Assembly: GCF_000315625.1 (NCBI RefSeq)
Contig: NW_005434631.1
Location: 310,001 to 374,000, forward strand
Length of the DNA stretch: 64,000 nucleotides
DNA from: Guillardia theta CCMP2712
Taxonomy: Eukaryota; Protista; Cryptophyta
Direction: 5' to 3'
Part shown: one piece after another, positions 58,405-64,000 of the stretch
Layout of the letters: every line of letters begins with the position of its first letter
Numbering within the stretch: position 1 is the first letter of the stretch
Translations under genes and position numbers: made by a program
Notes under the pieces: generated by a model
What the model saw: only the letters and a program-made list of their open reading frames with translations
Told to the model about the DNA's origin: nothing
Databases searched by the model: none

Positions 58405-60616
58405 TAGTGCCAACTGTGTATTGAAATAGAGTCAATGTATGAACAATAAGTAAACACAATCCTGTCATCAGAAAAGATGGAGCAAGTCGAAGATGGAAAA
58501 GAGGGTGCGGTGGCAAATCAAATGGAGCCAAGATGACGTTAGATCGCACGACATTTTTCCTCGCTAGAGAATGCTCACACCGATATCAAGGCTGTTCAAT
58601 CTCAAAACTCAAACAAATACAATGTTGAGTTGTATCAAATGACACGTGGAAACAAAATACAAAATCATTTCTCCAATGAACAAATATCGAGTACCAGTAA
58701 ATCCTCTGATGCCAAATCCACTAATTCGTCTACGCATTCTATCTAGGTCATCCCCTAAGTCAAGACGCCTCCAAAAAACAAGGATGTGCTAATGCCCAAG
58801 GTTTAACCCAAAACAAGATTATACTCCATTTGACACGTCAGCCCCCCATGAGTTTGCATCGTTCAACGATGCGCTTTCCATCATCTTCATTATGCTTGAC
58901 CCATTTCCATTTCCCTGATTCTCGATTTCTAATGGAAAGATTATCCTCCACCTACAGCTCCTTGTTCATCCTCATTTCCAAATAGTTCGCATCCCCCCCT
59001 AGCATCTCAACACGCATGTCGCAAGAGGAACCTTCTCAGCTCGATCTACCAGCCATGGTTATATCTCAGTCCTCCTTCTTCTTCCGACCTAACCTCCTCA
59101 TCCGCCTCCGCCATTCCCGCCCACAGCACGCCCGCTCTCTTGGCGGCTGACCTTCAGCTTCCCGAGGAGGGTGTTTGACCAATACCCTTGGACCCACCCC
59201 CTCCCTCCTCTTAATCCTGTAATGATCTTGTTAATCCATCCAACAACAACCTTGAGGCACTGTGAACACCAAAATCCGGGTAATTAGGGGGTACAGGGGT
59301 GGTATTAATCTATGATTTCTGGCTCTTGTTTTGTGTTTATGATTTGTTTACCCCACCCACCCCTGTATAACAACACTATAGATAACCCCACCGATTATTG
59401 AACTACTTGGACACGCTCTTGCAAACTACCCCTACCATGATGGATCTAATCGTATCAGGGGGTAGACATGGGAGAGACGGTTCGAAGTCTGAACAACTCC
59501 TCCTGGGGGGGTAGGGTACCCATGTGTCAAAAGGCTCTATCAAAGAGGGGTAGGGGTGACAAAGAGGGGGTAGATAGTCCCCTTACAAAGGAGATTTTAA
59601 CGAGGGGTCCAATATGAACTTGAGGGTTACAATAGACTGGGGTCATATGAAAGCAGGGGTACGAAGATAGGTGGGGTGGGGTGAAACAGACTTTGATGGG
59701 GTAGTACCCCTGACCCCGAAACTTTCAAAACAGACATATACTTGAGTAAACATTTGACTAATTCATTCCTACCTGGTTGAAAACTGCCAAAATGACAAAA
59801 AATTCAAATATTTCATTATAGTTTCAAAATATCGAACAATATTACACAGAGGCATCCCAACTCTAATCAAGTTGAGTGACATATTTAGTCTATCAGAAGT
59901 GAGCTCACACGTGCAAAGTCTGACGTTGAGTAAAAACTGTCAGTCTACCTACTAGCCTTATGAGCCTCTGGTTCACTCCGGCGAACCCCCGGGTGGGCCC
60001 GGTGGGCCCGGCACCCGGGGCGCGGGGACGCCGCCAGGGTGTGAGTGGACTCGGATGTACCCACCATAAGAACCTAGAGAGAATAATGGGTCAAAATGGG
60101 GGGTGGGTAAACAGCGGTAAGGTTTGTGGCTGCCGAATGGGCGGGAGCAGAGGAAGACGGGAGTGATCAGGGGAGATGTGCAAATGAGAGAAAATGTCGC
60201 AGAGCCAGAAGAAAAAATGAAGAAAGCAGCATAAAAGTATGCAGATCAGAACATGTGTGAACAGATCAAAATTGAAAATGTCGAGCATGTCCGACAGTGG
60301 AAGTCAAAATGGCACAGGGAATCTTGAAACCGGAATCGTAAGGATTCAGGGTAGACGAAGAAAAAGTGAGATTTGATATGATTTAGTAAGTTAGATGAAG
60401 AAGAGGTATGGTTTAGGAATAGACACAATCAATGAGAGAGAAGCGAAAGGCAATGAAGACCAAGTACATGGCGCGTAGAGTCATTCGGAGATGTTGGATC
60501 AGTGAGCCAAAGAGGAAGGGGGGGGGATTTAGAAAAGGACTGTAGAGGTATTGGAGCTTTGAGTCTCAAAGCTCTTTGGTATTGCTTTGCAGCAGGGGTT
60601 CAGCAAGAATCGTAGA

Positions 60617-61700
60617 TGACAACACTCCTTCTGTACCTCCCCCTGTATCCCAAAAGCTCACTTGCATTCTGAGCAGGCAATGGCCAACTTTCTAGCCGAT
60701 CTGCAGTCGTTTCTTCCTGTCCCTCCAGGTACGAGACTCCCAGGTCTTAGCAATCTTCTGACAGGATAAAAGGAACCTTCAGCGACCCTCCTCCAAAAAG
60801 GGACGAAGGTGAACAACTTTCGATTTTTTTGCATCTGAGGGGTCCATGGCATTCTGGTTCAGATCGATACAATGCTGCCGATCGAGCCAAGCAATCTGAA
60901 GAAATCAAAGGCGAAAATGTGCGAATGTTTGTGATTGTTTTTCTTGCTGTATTCAAATAATCAAGGCTCAATTGAGTGTCTCCGACATAATTTTGTTTCA
61001 CATACACAGGGCGAAGACATGAACGAAGCAGAGCCAAAGACAGATGCGCCAGCTGAACCGGTATAGACAAACTATTGATCGGAGATTTTGAGACTGCACT
61101 TCAAATGATCAAATTCAAGAACGAATTTTGTGAAGCGCTCTGAAACGTTTACTTAGCAACCTGTCAGAAGTCAGATGACGAAGCCACTAGCTCCTATCGA
61201 AGCTGGTGAAGAATTTGATCAAAGACATGAGGAAAATGTAAACATGAAGAATGTAGGTGTCGAGGAATGTGATTTGTGCGGACGTTGGAAGAGTAAATGC
61301 CGGTGAGCATGCACTTGGAATGGTTCACAGTTGCTCATTTATTTTAAGAATGTGTGCTGCTCTATTCTGTGAGCAATGCAGGTTTTCGAAGGAAGGAAGG
61401 AATTACATTGTAATTCTTATGAAACTTTTCCAGCATGCGTGAAGCTATTCGAATGTCGCACGTAAGGAGGGGAACAGTGATCTGCGGCCAGTGCACTGTA
61501 TTTGAAACCGTTTGACATCGAAGATTATTGAATGTTTTCAAGGTGATGCTAGAGAAAGTTCCGACTGCACGAATTGTGCCACCATCCATTCCAGACGTTA
61601 GTATTGGTAAGGAATCAAATTGCGATAAAGGAAGTCCTCGCTGATTCTCCTCAGGTCCCTCAATGGTCACCGACAAGCGATGGAAGCATGACGTAAAACC
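60617..61700 (+). CDS. Possible small multi-exon gene of unknown function
   Basis: Series of short exon-like blocks flanked by AG/GT (MANFLADLQSFLPVPP; GEDMNEAEPKTDAPAEP; VMLEKVPTARIVPPSIPD). No family motif. Confidence 0.3.
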
Positions 61701-61792
61701 ATAGTACCTTCTCCAATTGCATCACTAACCTCTCTCCGACTGACAGATCCTTAAAAGCTCCCTCAAAATGCCTTCACGTCCACCACCTGCTT

Positions 61793-64000
61793 TCATTTCT
61801 CTGGTTCCAAGGTCACAAGTTTGCTTTTTGAACTTGTTTTGGTAGTAATCGTTTGCTCCTGTGTACAGGAACAAGGAAAAGGAGTTTTCGCCTGAGGTGA
61901 ATCTAATTCTTTTGCCTGATTTCCTTTTTGAAAATTCTCCAGGACCTCGACAATGATTTCAAGTACCAAAATCTGTTCGAGGTTGATTTTTTTCGCCTCA
62001 CGACGATGAGATATAAGCGCTTGATCGTGTTTTGATATGGGTATACAAGGTTTTGTTCTCACCGGATCTCCACCTTCTATCGGCAATGTTTGAGGTGCTA
62101 CATTTCTGCTTTGGCCATGTCCATTGTACATGCTTGACGACTGGAACAGGTGATGCCGGAAGATGAGGAGGGCGACGAGCTCTTGGCTGCCGTTCTCCGA
62201 TTAGTGGATAGGTAACGAACGGCTTTACATAGTATTTCCCAATCATTCAATCCAGATCCGGAAGAACTGAACAGATCATGAAAGCTTGTGTGGAGATGGA
62301 GGTAACCTCAGGACACTTGTTACAGAAATCAAAAGGTTCAAACTTTTTGTAGGTGGCGAACACTTTAGATGCTACGACCATGTTTAGAAGGAACAATATG
62401 TCATTGCGTATCTTGAAGATGCACATGTCCAAGGTTACAACAGCATCTGAGAAGCTAAATGATTGAACTTCATATACAGATTGGAAATACTTTTCTCCAA
62501 GAATGCTTGCGGCCTCTCATTTCAAGGTTGGGTTGGTTTGATAATACGATGCATTGTATTTTGACTCCTTCTTGAAACAAAAGATTCCGAGATGAAGTCG
62601 AGAAAAGAAGACTTTCTGGTAAACTCGATTCTGGACCTGAAGTGTCTTCTGGACGATTTTAATTTGCTCACTATAACCCAGGTTGTAGCTTTGAGATTGA
62701 TCCATCGTTATCTACACCGTCAGACAATCTTCAGGTATGCCTTTCAGGATTTCTGTTGAACAAGAATCCTTATCAGAGTATTCAGTACAATCTCAAGGAT
62801 TTGACCTTCTACGCTGGATCTGTAGTGGAGGAAATCAAGAAGAGATCACCGCAAAATCTTGGAAAGAACATGGCAATAACTCAGTAGATGCACACGGCGG
62901 CCTGGTCTGACATCATTCTCTTGTTTGTAGACGTGCATTTTTGCGCAACTACGACTACTGTCAGAAGCACGATTTCCAAATTCGGGTATTCATATGAGAC
63001 TATCCCAGTGAATCAACTTAACCTAAGTGGCTTGCAGGCCATCGAGTTGTTGCAGGACTGTTCTTCTCCAAATTTATCTGTCAGGGTATCATGAAGTATG
63101 ATCACAACGCAACTCGCTAAGAGTGTGATAGCACTCCATGAGCCTCACAAGCATGGGATACTGGATCAATATCCTGACAAACTTCTTTCCAGATCACTCA
63201 AGTTGCTGGTGCTCCTCTTTATTTTGAGTATGGGCAATCTGATGACGTGTCAGGCGGATGCAATCAAGATGCTTGCATTGAATGAACGTTTTGCTGCCGA
63301 CTCTTCCATGGCAGGTGAATAAGCCATGGCAGGCTGGGATGATTGCAACGACTGGAATTCATTTTGTTGCAGCTCTGAATTTTTTCATCGATTCAAATTC
63401 CAAAAGGTTTTTCTTGTGATACATTTGAGACGTTCTCATCGTTGAGTACACAGCATGCGTCAGCTTTTAATGTCAATTTCTGGATCCAAGGCATTTGATC
63501 ATTTGCACTGCTTGAGACTTGCTGAAAGTGATTTGACTGGAAGGATGATGCGTGGGAGCATTCTGACCCCAAGAAGGTGACGACTGTCGTCGAATGCAAG
63601 GCGTCTCTGAAAGGCATTATCTGTTAGGTCATGGTGTATAGCAAAGATGTGCCAGATCTGCTCCGCTTGATTGTCAACAAGATGGAGATCATAGAGAGGC
63701 ATGCATACCTTCAGGTACATTTTACTGCTGTGTGCACTGGATGCACTGGATGGCTCATGCAGTTGTCTTGCAGGAGCAGCAGCATGAAGAACTTCGAGGA
63801 TCGTTTCTCCGATTACGAGTGAACTCGATCTGCTTGATTGCCCAGTCCTGAAACCCTCCAGGCTGCTGTAGCCGACTTGACATACTCTGCAAGTTACTCG
63901 AGTGGTATCGGTTCGAGATATGGCACAGCTGCTGCGGCACCGCTTCCCTATGAGGTTGATGGATTGTTTCGAAATCTCCATGCAATGAAACTTCTATGCA
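61793..64000 (-). CDS. 3' part of a multi-exon gene of unknown function entering from the right edge
   Basis: Exon-like ORF pieces with GT/AG flanks (ETILEVLHAAAPARQL, AEQIWHIFAIHHDLTDNAFQRRLAF, YYVKPFVTYPLIGERQPR, INLEQILVLEIIVEVLENF, ending VTLEPEK*). Confidence 0.4.

Overview
Gene-dense eukaryotic nuclear DNA with many ~45-55 nt GT-AG introns, microsatellite-filled longer introns and three 100-N scaffold gaps. It looks like an alga with a complex plastid, most likely a cryptophyte (inference from intron style, a signal peptide followed by SSA-F, and an LRxRGG motif). Manual splicing supports about 17 genes. In order: WW+PPR-like protein, AMT ammonium transporter, GT49 glycosyltransferase, PHO80/CYCU cyclin, TPR-USP7-like deubiquitinase, NXPE/PC-esterase-like protein, giant 7x PH-repeat protein, SLC13 transporter, kappa-class GST, ABHD17-like hydrolase, RRM+PPR protein, COG4, JMJD5-like hydroxylase, an unknown gene, a signal-peptide thioredoxin/thioredoxin-reductase fusion, a ~1,700-aa multidomain RNA-binding E3-like protein, and poorly resolved genes at the right end. 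A truncated RLE-type (CRE-like) non-LTR retrotransposon lies between the USP7-like and esterase genes. The best novelty candidates are four: (1) the C4HC3-MATH-SUMO-like-UBA-like-RRM-RING-UBL-RRM protein with about 10 WG motifs; (2) the secretory Trx-NTR fusion with a MANF/ARMET-C-like insert; (3) seven near-identical PH cassettes separated by mostly unrelated spacers; (4) a strand-oriented upstream grammar of CCGG island, GGGT cluster and purine tract. All exon models were derived by eye and no database searches were run.
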